Assembly: GCA_050916045.1 (NCBI GenBank)
Contig: CP051526.1
Coordinates: 192,001-256,000, forward strand
Length of the DNA: 64,000 bases
Direction of reading: 5' to 3'
Source: Tepidisphaera sp.
GTDB taxonomy: Bacteria > Planctomycetota > Phycisphaerae > Phycisphaerales > UBA1924
In this document: positions 1 to 10,000 of the stretch, in pieces
How positions within the stretch are numbered: position 1 is the stretch's first letter
Layout: every line of letters begins with the position of its first letter
Translations under genes and position numbers: made by a program
Notes under the pieces: model-generated
What the model saw: the letters and a program-made list of their open reading frames with translations, nothing else
Database searches by the model: none
What the model was told of the DNA's origin: nothing

Positions 1-554
1 TGGTAAAACCTGATGCACTCAAGAACCGCCCGAAGATGACGGATTTCGTCGCCCGTGCGAAGGAAGTTTGCAAAGCGTTCGCCGGGCCAGGCGGGACGGC
101 ACTGGTCGAGTCGATCACCGGCGATGGCGACGGCGACAAGCCCGCCAACTCCGACGGCTCGATCCGCACGGTATCGGACGCCTGGACCATCGAAGGCGAC
201 CCCCTGATGGAGCCGATTGACGTCGGCAAGGTCCGAAAGGTCGATTCCGGCGCACCTCAGCAGTCGATCCGCCTTCTCTTCTACAAGCGGGCCACCGACA
301 CCGTCGTTCGTCGGGCAGCTTTCGATGCGCCTTGGGCAGCGGCCGCTCTGGTCCTGACCCCGGGGGCGACCGCGGTTCCGGCGGAGAGCAACGAGTCGAC
401 AACCTGGCGCGTCCCGATCGTGGTGGAGGGAGAGGAAGTGCTCCCGGAAGGCACCAAGGCCATCCGGCGGCATATGTGGATCAAGGTCGTCCTGAAGAAG
501 CCGGTGCCCGCGGCCAAGAACTGGCCCCAAAAGGAAGATCTCGGTGGGAACTAA
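1..554 (+). CDS. 5'-truncated T6SS-associated protein; C-terminus resembles the TssM/IcmF C-terminal domain
   Basis: Frame open from the window edge to TAA at 552-554. FDAPWAAAALV resembles the TssM C-terminal GPWALFRL-type motif. Sits directly before a tagF-like gene, as tssM usually does. Confidence 0.4.
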   Translation, partial: VKPDALKNRPKMTDFVARAKEVCKAFAGPGGTALVESITGDGDGDKPANSDGSIRTVSDAWTIEGDPLMEPIDVGKVRKVDSGAPQQSIRLLFYKRATDTVVRRAAFDAPWAAAALVLTPGATAVPAESNESTTWRVPIVVEGEEVLPEGTKAIRRHMWIKVVLKKPVPAAKNWPQKEDLGGN

Positions 555-587
555 TCGCGAAACGAATCTCCGACGAGCGAGGGCGGC

Positions 588-1553
588 ATGACCATGCTTG
601 GGAAACTCTCCAAGTTGTTCCAGAAGCCGGCTTCGCCCGGACCCCGCGTTTCCTTGGCCGCGTTCGGAAAACACCCGGGCTGGGATGACCACATCGACGA
701 TCTGGGCTTGGACTCGCCCCGACTGGTGCACGTCAAGTCGGTCCTCTATTCGCAGGGAATCTCCGGAAACATTGATTCCGCCGAATGGGACCACCTTTCG
801 GAATCCGAACGCATCGCCGAATTCGGGCACGAATTTCTCTGGCGCTGGGCGGGTGACGCGGTGGTGGGGCTGATGTGGTCGAGCAAGGACGGCAAGGGCC
901 GGGCGAAGTATCCGATGGTGCTCGCGCTGCACGGGACCAAGATGCCGGTGAGCTGGCTTTGCTCGACGGGCTTGGACCGGCTGCGGGCGCTGCGCGACCA
1001 GTGCCGGTCACTCACGCGATCCACGGAGGTCATCCAGGCGATCGATTCCGCCCGCTCGGACCTGCAGGGAGCGTCGCTGACGATCCCGGAAGGAGACAAC
1101 GAGCCGGAGCGGCACCTCATCAAGAGGTTGATGAGTTCTCAGGAGGAAGCGTCGCGGCGCGGCTTTGTTCGAGTTTTGTACGATATTGAGCGGCGTCTGG
1201 GCGGCATGAGGGACAAGTCCAAGACCAAGACCCGGGTGATTGATGTTTCGGCCCACCATTTCCGGCTGCCGGCGATTCATACGGCGGGCAAGGTGCTCGA
1301 ATCCGGCCGGGCGTGGTCGGCTCTGATGATGGACACGGTGGGTCCGGGCCCGGTGCTTGCGGCGGGGATTCTCGCGATCGAGCCGGCGGGGACCGGGTTC
1401 GCGGATGTGATCGTCGGTGAGCCTCGGGTGCAGAACCTGTTCTGTCTGCGTGCTTCGAGCGCTCGCGAGCCTCTGACGTCGGACATCCCATTCACGATGG
1501 ACGAGTCGTTCGTGACGGTGGCTTCGCAGCAGATCGCGCAGTGGGGAGCCTGA
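588..1553 (+). CDS. tagF: TagF-like T6SS-associated protein
   Basis: N-terminal AFGKHPGWDDHI and GLMWSSKDGKGRAKYP resemble the TagF motifs (FGKLP..GDF; GV...S.D.VGR.YP); T6SS context. Confidence 0.65.
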   Translation: MTMLGKLSKLFQKPASPGPRVSLAAFGKHPGWDDHIDDLGLDSPRLVHVKSVLYSQGISGNIDSAEWDHLSESERIAEFGHEFLWRWAGDAVVGLMWSSKDGKGRAKYPMVLALHGTKMPVSWLCSTGLDRLRALRDQCRSLTRSTEVIQAIDSARSDLQGASLTIPEGDNEPERHLIKRLMSSQEEASRRGFVRVLYDIERRLGGMRDKSKTKTRVIDVSAHHFRLPAIHTAGKVLESGRAWSALMMDTVGPGPVLAAGILAIEPAGTGFADVIVGEPRVQNLFCLRASSAREPLTSDIPFTMDESFVTVASQQIAQWGA

Positions 1554-1626
1554 GCGGCGAGCGCGGAGGGCGCGCTCGGGCGAGCGACCCCGTTCAATCT
1601 TCCCTGGATTGGGTAAACCACCGAGG

Positions 1627-1656
1627 TTGACAAAGTGGTTTGGGTTCGGATAGCCT
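1627..1656 (+). promoter_or_regulatory. Putative sigma70 promoter for tpsB-tpsA
   Basis: TTGACA (1627-1632), 18-nt spacer, TAGCCT (1651-1656). The -35 box is flanked by an inverted repeat AAACCAC (1615-1621) / GTGGTTT (1635-1641). Confidence 0.5.
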
Positions 1657-1851
1657 GTGGTCCTGTCCCGGGAAGGTTCCCCGTCCCTGCGGTGCATGCG
1701 TCGGGCTGCGGGGAGGCTTTGCGGGCGATTGTCGGCGGTCTTTGCGTCGCACGGCTCACGTGCGAGCGTCGTCTTTCTACCTGCCGCTTGCGGCGGGGAA
1801 GCTAATTCAAGTTCAGAGATCCTGTTGCACCATGCTCGGAGCGACCTTCGA

Positions 1852-3801
1852 ATGAAGACTTATCGGATGACCCGGTGTGCCGCCCTTCTCGTCGCTTTCG
1901 CTGGCGTGGCGACGTTCTGCCCGGTCGCGATGGCTCAGGAAGCCGCGCCGGGCGGCACCTATCCGCAGCCGGATGCGAAGACGGACGGCGAGATCACCTA
2001 CGCCGTGAGCAAGTTTCTTCTTGAGTACGAGTACAACAACGAGGAGCATCCGCCGCTCCAGGAACTGTTCGCGGTGCAGGTGCCGGTCGGCGTGCTCGCC
2101 GACGGCGGGTACACGTATCCGCGAGCGGGCGTGCCGTCGACGATCATCACCGTGGGCGACGGCTTCAGCGACAAGGGCCAGATCTTCTATCCGGGCGGCA
2201 TCCGCGCGGTGAACGAAGCGATCGCCCGCGAGTTGGTCGAGAACCGCAAGCTGATCGGTGTTCGCGTGCTGGCCCACCCGGACGATGTGTCGCTTCAGGG
2301 TGGACAGGACACTCGCGGGCAGGGCAACACGCGGATGCGGCTGAAGATCTTCACCGCGCAGCTCGATGACACGAAGGTCCTCAATCAGAGCCGCGGCGTG
2401 GAACCCGAAGACCGGGTCAATCCCGAGCGTCTCGAGCGCCTCCGCGAGCGTTCGCCGATCAACGTTGGCGGGCTTATTCGCCGCGACCGGCTGGACGACT
2501 ACGTTCTGCGTCTGAACCGGCACCCCGGCCGCCGCATCAACGTGGCACTGGTTCCCTCCTCGGACAAGGCCGGACAGGTCGAACTCCAGTACCAGGTCGC
2601 CGAGGTCAAGCCCTGGTCGGTCTACGCCCAGGTCGCGAACATCGGCACCAAGACCACCGGCGAGTGGCGCGAGCGCATCGGGTTTGCCCACACGCAGCTC
2701 ACGAACAACGACGACATCCTCCGGCTGGATTTCCTGACGGCGGAGTTCGGCGACACGAACAGCGCGTTTGGCAGCTACGAGCGGCCGTTCTTCGACAACC
2801 AGGTGATCGCGAAGCTTTACGGCTCGTGGAGCCAGTACTCCGCGGACTCGGTCGGCATCGCCGGCCTTGAGTTCGAGGGAAGCAACTGGTCGGCCGGTGC
2901 CGAAGTGTCGGGGACGATCCTGCAGTCGGGCGCGAACTTCTTCGATCTCGTCGGCGGCGCCCGGTTCGAGAACGTCGAGGTCAACAACAAGCTGCTGGGC
3001 CAGGAGGGCGAGGAGGACTTCTTCCTTCCCTACGCCGGGCTTCGGTTCAGCCGAGTGACGGACGTGATGGCGACGAGCGCGTCGGGCATCTTTGAGTTCG
3101 GTCTGGGCAGCGTGACCAGCGCAAGCACCACCGAGCTCACCAAGCTGGGCCGCATTTTCCCGGACAAGGACTGGGTTGTTCTGAAGGTGGATGCGGAGCA
3201 CTCGATGTACATCGAGCCGCTGCTGCTTCCGACGCAGTTCAAGGAGAAGGACGCGAGCACGCTCCGTGGCACCACGCTTGCCCACGAGGTGGTGCTTGCG
3301 TTCCGCGGGCAGCACGCGTTCGGCAAGCGACTGACGCCGACGTTCGAAGGGATCGCGGGCGGTGCGTACTCGGTCCGCGGGTATCCCGAGTCGGTGGCGG
3401 CGGGCGACACGACGGTCACCGGTACGGTTGAGTACCGGTTCCACCTGCCGCGCACGCTCCTGACGACCGACAAGGACGGCAATCTCGCGTACATGGATCC
3501 GAACCAGACCGAGTTCTTCGGTCAGCCGTTCCGGGTCGGGCCGTCGGGCCCGTTCGATCGGACGGATTGGGACCTCATCTTCAAGGGCTTCGTGGACTTC
3601 GGCCGCGCGATGCAGAGCGACCGGCAGGTCTTCGAGCGTGACCACTCCCTGCTGAGCGCGGGTGTGGGCGTCGAGCTTCAGGTGCTTCAGAACCTCAACG
3701 TCAAGCTGGACTGGGGCTTTGCCCTGCACGACGTTCGGGGCACCGAAGTGGTGGATTCCGGCGACAACCGGGTGCACTTCTCGGCGACGATTCTGTACTG
3801 A
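1852..3801 (+). CDS. ShlB/FhaC/HecB-family two-partner secretion outer-membrane transporter (TpsB)
   Basis: Signal peptide MKTYRM...AMAQE after a GGAG; POTRA-like region (LNRHPGRRINVAL); Omp85/TpsB loop motif GGAYSVRGYPE; amphipathic beta strands; terminal aromatic residue (ILY). ATG 1852 preferred over the track start at 1657. Confidence 0.9.
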   Translation: MKTYRMTRCAALLVAFAGVATFCPVAMAQEAAPGGTYPQPDAKTDGEITYAVSKFLLEYEYNNEEHPPLQELFAVQVPVGVLADGGYTYPRAGVPSTIITVGDGFSDKGQIFYPGGIRAVNEAIARELVENRKLIGVRVLAHPDDVSLQGGQDTRGQGNTRMRLKIFTAQLDDTKVLNQSRGVEPEDRVNPERLERLRERSPINVGGLIRRDRLDDYVLRLNRHPGRRINVALVPSSDKAGQVELQYQVAEVKPWSVYAQVANIGTKTTGEWRERIGFAHTQLTNNDDILRLDFLTAEFGDTNSAFGSYERPFFDNQVIAKLYGSWSQYSADSVGIAGLEFEGSNWSAGAEVSGTILQSGANFFDLVGGARFENVEVNNKLLGQEGEEDFFLPYAGLRFSRVTDVMATSASGIFEFGLGSVTSASTTELTKLGRIFPDKDWVVLKVDAEHSMYIEPLLLPTQFKEKDASTLRGTTLAHEVVLAFRGQHAFGKRLTPTFEGIAGGAYSVRGYPESVAAGDTTVTGTVEYRFHLPRTLLTTDKDGNLAYMDPNQTEFFGQPFRVGPSGPFDRTDWDLIFKGFVDFGRAMQSDRQVFERDHSLLSAGVGVELQVLQNLNVKLDWGFALHDVRGTEVVDSGDNRVHFSATILY

Positions 3802-4034
3802 TCCCGGGAAGGCCGGGTGGATCGGAACCGCCGGGGTCCAGCCCCGGATGGAAGAGGGGGGGCGGGCGGTTTCGGGGACGGATTTGGGCGAAAGGGCCGT
3901 TTCGGCCGAAAGACGGCGACGGCGGGCGGGTTGGAATAGTGGGCGCGTGGAAGGTGGGGGGTCTCTGTTCGGGGTAGGACTGATCTGATCATTCACCATC
4001 CCGCCTGCGTTGCGGGAGCTGCTAGAGGAATGCC

Positions 4035-7000
4035 ATGAAGACGAACACTCGCGGGACCAATGCTGGCGACACGCTGGGAGCCTCGATCGGCGGCGCGGTC
4101 GGGCGCAAGCTTTGGACGTTGGCGAAAGTGGCGGGCCGTGCGGCCGGTCTTCGCAGTGTCGGCGGCGCGGCGGTGATCGCCGGGTTGCTCGCCGCGGCTT
4201 CGACGACGTCGGTCATCGCGGGCCCCGAGGGCGAGCAGGTGGTGGTCGGCAACGTGACCTTCACTCGGCAGGGCAACCTGTGGATCATCACCGCCAGCAA
4301 CGGCGCGATCATCAACTACGCCAGCTTTGACATTCTCCCGTACGAGACGGTGCGGTTCATCCAGCCGAGCCAGCTCTCGACGGTTTTGAACCGGATCAAC
4401 AGCGCCGCTCCGACCTTGATCCAGGGCCGCCTGGAAGCCAACGGCAACGTCTTCTTCGTGAATCCGGCGGGCGTGATCTTCACGAACACCTCGACGGTGA
4501 ACGTGGGCGGTCTCTACGCCGCGGCGGGCAACCTCAGCAACGAGGACTTCCTCTCGGGCAACATGCGATTCACCGGCCTTCAGGGCCAGGTCTCCAATAG
4601 CGGCAACATCACGGCCAACGCTGTCGCGATGGTCGGCCGCGAAGTCTCCAACCACGGCTCGATCATCGCTCACGGCGGCACGGTCGTGATGGCGGCGGGC
4701 GAGGAAGTGTTCATCGGACGCGAGGGAAGCAGCGTCTTTACGCAGATCCAGGGCGCCTCGGGGAGCGGCGGCCAGAACGCCGGCGTCACCAACACCGGCC
4801 GGATCGACGCTCGCGGCGGTCAGGTCACGATGTCCGCGGGTGACGCGGACGGCATGGCGATCTTCAACACCGGCGTCATTCGCGGCAACAACATCACCAT
4901 CGAGGGCCAGGGCCGCGGTGACGTGATGGTCCGCGGCGTGGTTGACGCTTCGAGCGACGCGGGCCGTGGCGGCGAGATCACGATCACCGGCGAGCGCGTC
5001 GGACTGTTCAACGCCCGCATCGACGCGAGCGGCACGTGGGGCGGCGGCACGATCCGCATCGGCGGCGATGCCGGGGGCCAGGGTGACACCCGCCGCGCGG
5101 ACTACGTCTTTGTCGACGAGAACACCACCGTCCGCGCGGACGCTCACGAGTTCGGCGACGGCGGCCGGATCACGTTCTGGGGCACGGAAGCGACGCGCAT
5201 CGCGGGTGATCTGTCCGCGATGGGCGGCATCCGTAGCGGCAACGGCGGGTTCATCGAAACCTCCGGCGGGTACATCGCTCTGGCGGGGACGCCGGACCTG
5301 CAGGCCCGTGCGGCTTCCGGCCGCGGCGGCCAGTGGGTCATCGATCCCAACGACATCACGATCGTGGCGGGCGGCGGCAACACGAACATCAACGCGGCGG
5401 ATCCGTTCGCATCGGCGGACGACAACGCTCAGCTGGGCGTGGATCTGATCACGGCGGCGCTGGGCAACGGCGTCAGCGTGTCGATCACGACGACGAACTC
5501 GGGCGCGGATTCGCAGCTTGGCAACATCACGCTGGCGACCAACCTCAGCTACACCGGGACGGGCAACGCGACGCTGACGCTGAACGCTCACAACAACATC
5601 GTGTTCAACACGGGCACGACGGTGACCGGCTCGGCTGCGGGCGGCCTGAACCTGGTCTTCAACGCCGATAGCGACAACGACGGATCCGGCAACGTCAACC
5701 TGAACAACGCGGCGATCACGCTCAACGGCGGGTCGCTGACGGTTTCGGCGAACGTCGAGGACTTCACGACTTCGGCGGGCGGCTCGATCAATACGGGCGG
5801 CGGAAACCTGACGCTGAACAACACCGGCGTGAACACGCTGGCGGCCAACATGAACCTGGGCGCGGGCGCGTTCTCGTCGGCGACGACGGGTCTGACGACC
5901 GTGAGCGGCACGCTGACGGCGGGCTCGGTGAACGTCGCGGGTCTGACGGCGCTCAACGGCGGCACGGTCACGACGACCGGCGGCACGCAGACGTACACGG
6001 GAGCGGTGACGCTTGGAGCCAACACGACGCTGATCGGCACGACGATCACGTTCGGATCGACGGTGGATTCTTCGGGCGGGGCCCGGACGCTGACGGTCAA
6101 CGGAGCGGGCGTGTTCAACGGGAACGTCGGCGGGCTGAGCTCGCTCTCGTCGCTGACGGTGACGGGTGCGGCGACCCTGACGAACGCTTCGGTCACCACG
6201 GTGACGACGCAGACGTACGGCGGGGCGATGAACATCGGCGGGTCGGCGACGACGCTGACGGGCACGTCGATCTCCTTCCAGAACACCCTTGATACGACGG
6301 TGGACCTGACGATCGCGAGCACGGGGGACGTGACGTTCACCGGGATCGCCTCCTTCGGCGGCAACACGACCATCGGCGGCACGAACATCACGTTCTCCTC
6401 GCTGGTGCAGACGGACGTGGCCGGCGACGGCCTGCGGGACCTGACGCTGAACGGTTCGGCGATCACGTCGTTCTTCAGCAACGTGTCTTCGGGAACGCGG
6501 CGGTTCGCGAACATCACTTCCAACGGGGCGGGCAGCGCGATCGTGCTGGGCACGGTCGAAGCGACCGGCAACATCGTTCTGAGTGACGGGTCCATCACGT
6601 TCGCTTCGGGCGCGACGTCGGTGACGGCCGGCGGCGACATCACCATTGGCGGCAACGCGAGCCTCGGCGCGAACATGGTGTTCTCCGGCGCGAACGTCAC
6701 GTTCTCGGGCACGGTGAACGACGACGCGGCGGCGACGCAGCGGACCCTGACGGTCAACAGCGCGGGCACGACGACGTTCGCTTCGACGGTGGGCGCGACG
6801 CGTGCGCTGGCGGCTCTGATCACCGACGCGGGCGGCACCACGATCCTGACCGGGAACGTCTCCACCACAGGCGGCCAGACGTACAACGACGCGGTGGAGC
6901 TCGCGGGCGACGTGGTGATCAGCGGCGCGACGATCACGTTCGCTTCGACGGTCGATAGCGACGGCACGGCCCGGGCGCTGACGGTCAACGACTCGGGGGT

Positions 7001-10000
7001 CACGACCTTCGGCGGGAACGTCGGAACGACCAGCTCGCTGGCTTCGCTGACGACCAACTCGGGCGGATCGACGGTGCTGACGGGCGATGTGACGACGACG
7101 GGTGCGCAGCTTTACCAGGACGCGGTGCTTCTGGACGGCAACGCGACGCTGACGGGTGCGGGCATCCGATTCGCGTCGACGCTGAACTCTCAGGGAGCCA
7201 ACCGGACGCTCGCGATCGTGGACACGGGCCTGACCCGGTTCGACGGGGCGGTCGGCGGGGTGCTTTCTCTCGCAAGCCTGAACGTCAGCGGCGGCGGCAC
7301 GACGCAGATCGGCGCCAACATCACGACGGACGGAACGCAGACGTACTCGAACGCGGTGACGGTCGCGGCGGACCTCACGCTCGCGAGCACGACCGGTGCG
7401 ATCAACTTCAACAACACGGTCGACGCGACCACGACGGGCATCGACCTGACCGTTACGTCGAGCACGGGGACGGTCATCGCGGGCGCTGTGGGCGGGACCA
7501 CGGCTCTTGGAAGCGTGACGTTCAACGGCGGCCCGATCACCCTGAGCGCGGACGTGACGACCACCGGCCTGCAGGCCTACACGACGGCTTTGACCCTCGC
7601 GGGCGATGCGACCCTGACGAGCGGGTCGGGCGGGGCGATCACGTTCGGGAGCACGGTGGACGGTGACGCGGCCGGACGCAACCTGACGGTCAACACCTCC
7701 GGCACCACGACGTTCACGGGTGACATCGGCGGCGTTCAGGCCCTTCAGAATCTCACCACTGACGCGGCGGGCGCTCTGGTGCTGGGCGGAGTTGTGACTC
7801 TGGACGGAACGGGCACGTTCAACGGCTCGGCGATCTCCTTCGGGAACAACATCACCGCGACGACGGTGACGTTCGGCGGGCCGGTCACCCTGACGGGCAA
7901 CTCGGTGCTCAACGTCGTCAACGCCACGTTCTCCGGCACGGTGAATGCGGACGATGAAGCCAACAACCGCACGCTCCAGGTCGACCTGTCGGTCGGCGGT
8001 GTGCTGACGTTCTCGGGCGCTGTGGGCGGCACCGAGCGTCTTTCGACGTTGACGGTGACCGACGCGGGCGCAGCCCAGACCATCATCGGCGCGAACATCT
8101 CGACCCTCGCCGCTCAGAGCTACGCCTCGGTGGTGACGGTCGCCGGCGACATCACGCTCGCGGGAACGAACATCACGTTCGGTTCCTCGATCGACGCGGA
8201 TGCGGCGGCGAACAACCGCTCCCTGACGATCAGCACGACCGGCGGCAGCACGGTGACGTTCTCCGGAGCCATCGGCGGCGTGGAATCGCTCGGTTCGCTG
8301 ACCGTCACCGACAGCGGCGCAGGCACGACGATCCTGTCGAACAACGTGACCACGAGCGGGGCCCAGGCGTTCAATGAGAACGTGACGCTCGCCGGCGACG
8401 CGACGTTCACCTCCTCGGGCGGCGCGGCGATCCTCTTCGGCGGGACGGTTGACTCCGACGGCACCGCCCGCGCCCTGACGGCGGACACCGCCGGCACGAT
8501 CACGTTCACCGGCGCGGTGGGCGGGATCAGCGAGCTTTCCTCGCTCACGACGCTGAACGGCACGACGGTGATCTCCGGCGGGCTGGTGAACACCACCACG
8601 CTGCAGAGCTACGGCGGTGCGGTGAACATCACCGCGAACACGACGCTGGTAAGCGATGAGATCGACTTCAACGGGAACGTGACGGGTACCGGGTTCACCC
8701 TGGCCTTTGAGACGTTCACGGGCGGAGCCAACATCGAGCTCGGCGGCGCGGGCGGCACGGGCGCTCTGGACCTGACCTCGGCGGAACTCGCGTTCCTGCA
8801 GGACGGGTTCGCGGGCCTGACTTTCGGCGATGCGTCGATGGTCGGATCGGTCATCGTCGCGGGCGCGATCACGCTGACGGACGCGACGACGTTCCTGGTC
8901 GATACCGGCAACGGCGGGACGATCCGCCTGGCGGGGAACGTGACAGTCAACGACGTCACCAACGCCGCGACGATCACCTTCAGCGGGCCGGTCATTCTCG
9001 AGGGCGACATCACGGTGGCTTCGACGGGCGTGGGTGCCAACGGCGACATCACCTTCGGCGATGTGATCAATGCCGACGCGGCCGCGAACAACCGCATCCT
9101 GACGGTCAATAGCCAGGGCGCGGTGACGTTCACGGGTGTGGTCGGTGGGGTGGAGGCACTGGGCGGCTTGGTGACCGATGCGGGCGGCACGACCCGCATC
9201 ACGACGGACATCACGACCGTCGCCGCCGGCAACCAGACGTACGGCGACAGCGTCGTCCTGCTGGGCAACGCGACGCTGACGGGCAACAACATCTCCTTCG
9301 ATGGGACCATCAACGCCGACGCGGCCGCGAACAACCGCGACCTCATCGTCAACGGTGCGGGCGCGATCACGTTCAGCGGCGCGGTCGGCGGGACCCAGGC
9401 CCTGAATTCGCTCACGACGGGCGGCGCGGGCACGGTTTCGATCCTCGCGGCGATCACGACCGCGGGCGCCCAGCTCTACAACAACGCGGTGACGGTCAAC
9501 AGCTCGCAGCTGACGGGCGGATCGCTGACGTTCGGCTCGACGGTTGATGCATCGGCCGCCGGTCAGGATCTTCTGGTGACCTCGACGGCGGGCGACATCG
9601 TCTTCTCGAGCGCGATCGGCGCGACGACGGCTTTCCGCGATATCACGACCAGCGCGGCGGCGACCTTCGCCAATCGTCTGGGCGGCAACGTGACGGCGGA
9701 CCGGAACATCACCCTCGGCGGGGCTTCGGTGATCACGAGCTCGATCACGATGACTTCGCAGCGGATGACCTTCGGTACGACGCTCGACGCGGACGCGGGC
9801 GGCCGGACGCTGACCCTGACGTCGACGGCGACGACCGGCTCGGCGGCGACGCCGCTCTTCCGGTTCGGCGGGAACGTCGGCTCGACGGTCGCGTTCCAGA
9901 CGATCACGTTCTCGGCGGTCTCCTTCGCGGATCCGGCGTTCTCGACGATCCTGTTCGCTCCGACCTCTCCGTTCGGCGGCGACGGGTCGGTCGCGTTCGG

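Noticed and set aside
1657..1851. Upstream extension of the TpsB ORF (likewise the track's extended starts for hcp, tssE, tssF, dnaN, tkt, trpC and PAAR)
   Set aside because: Downstream starts have Shine-Dalgarno sites, signal peptides or family-typical N-termini; the extensions look non-coding.
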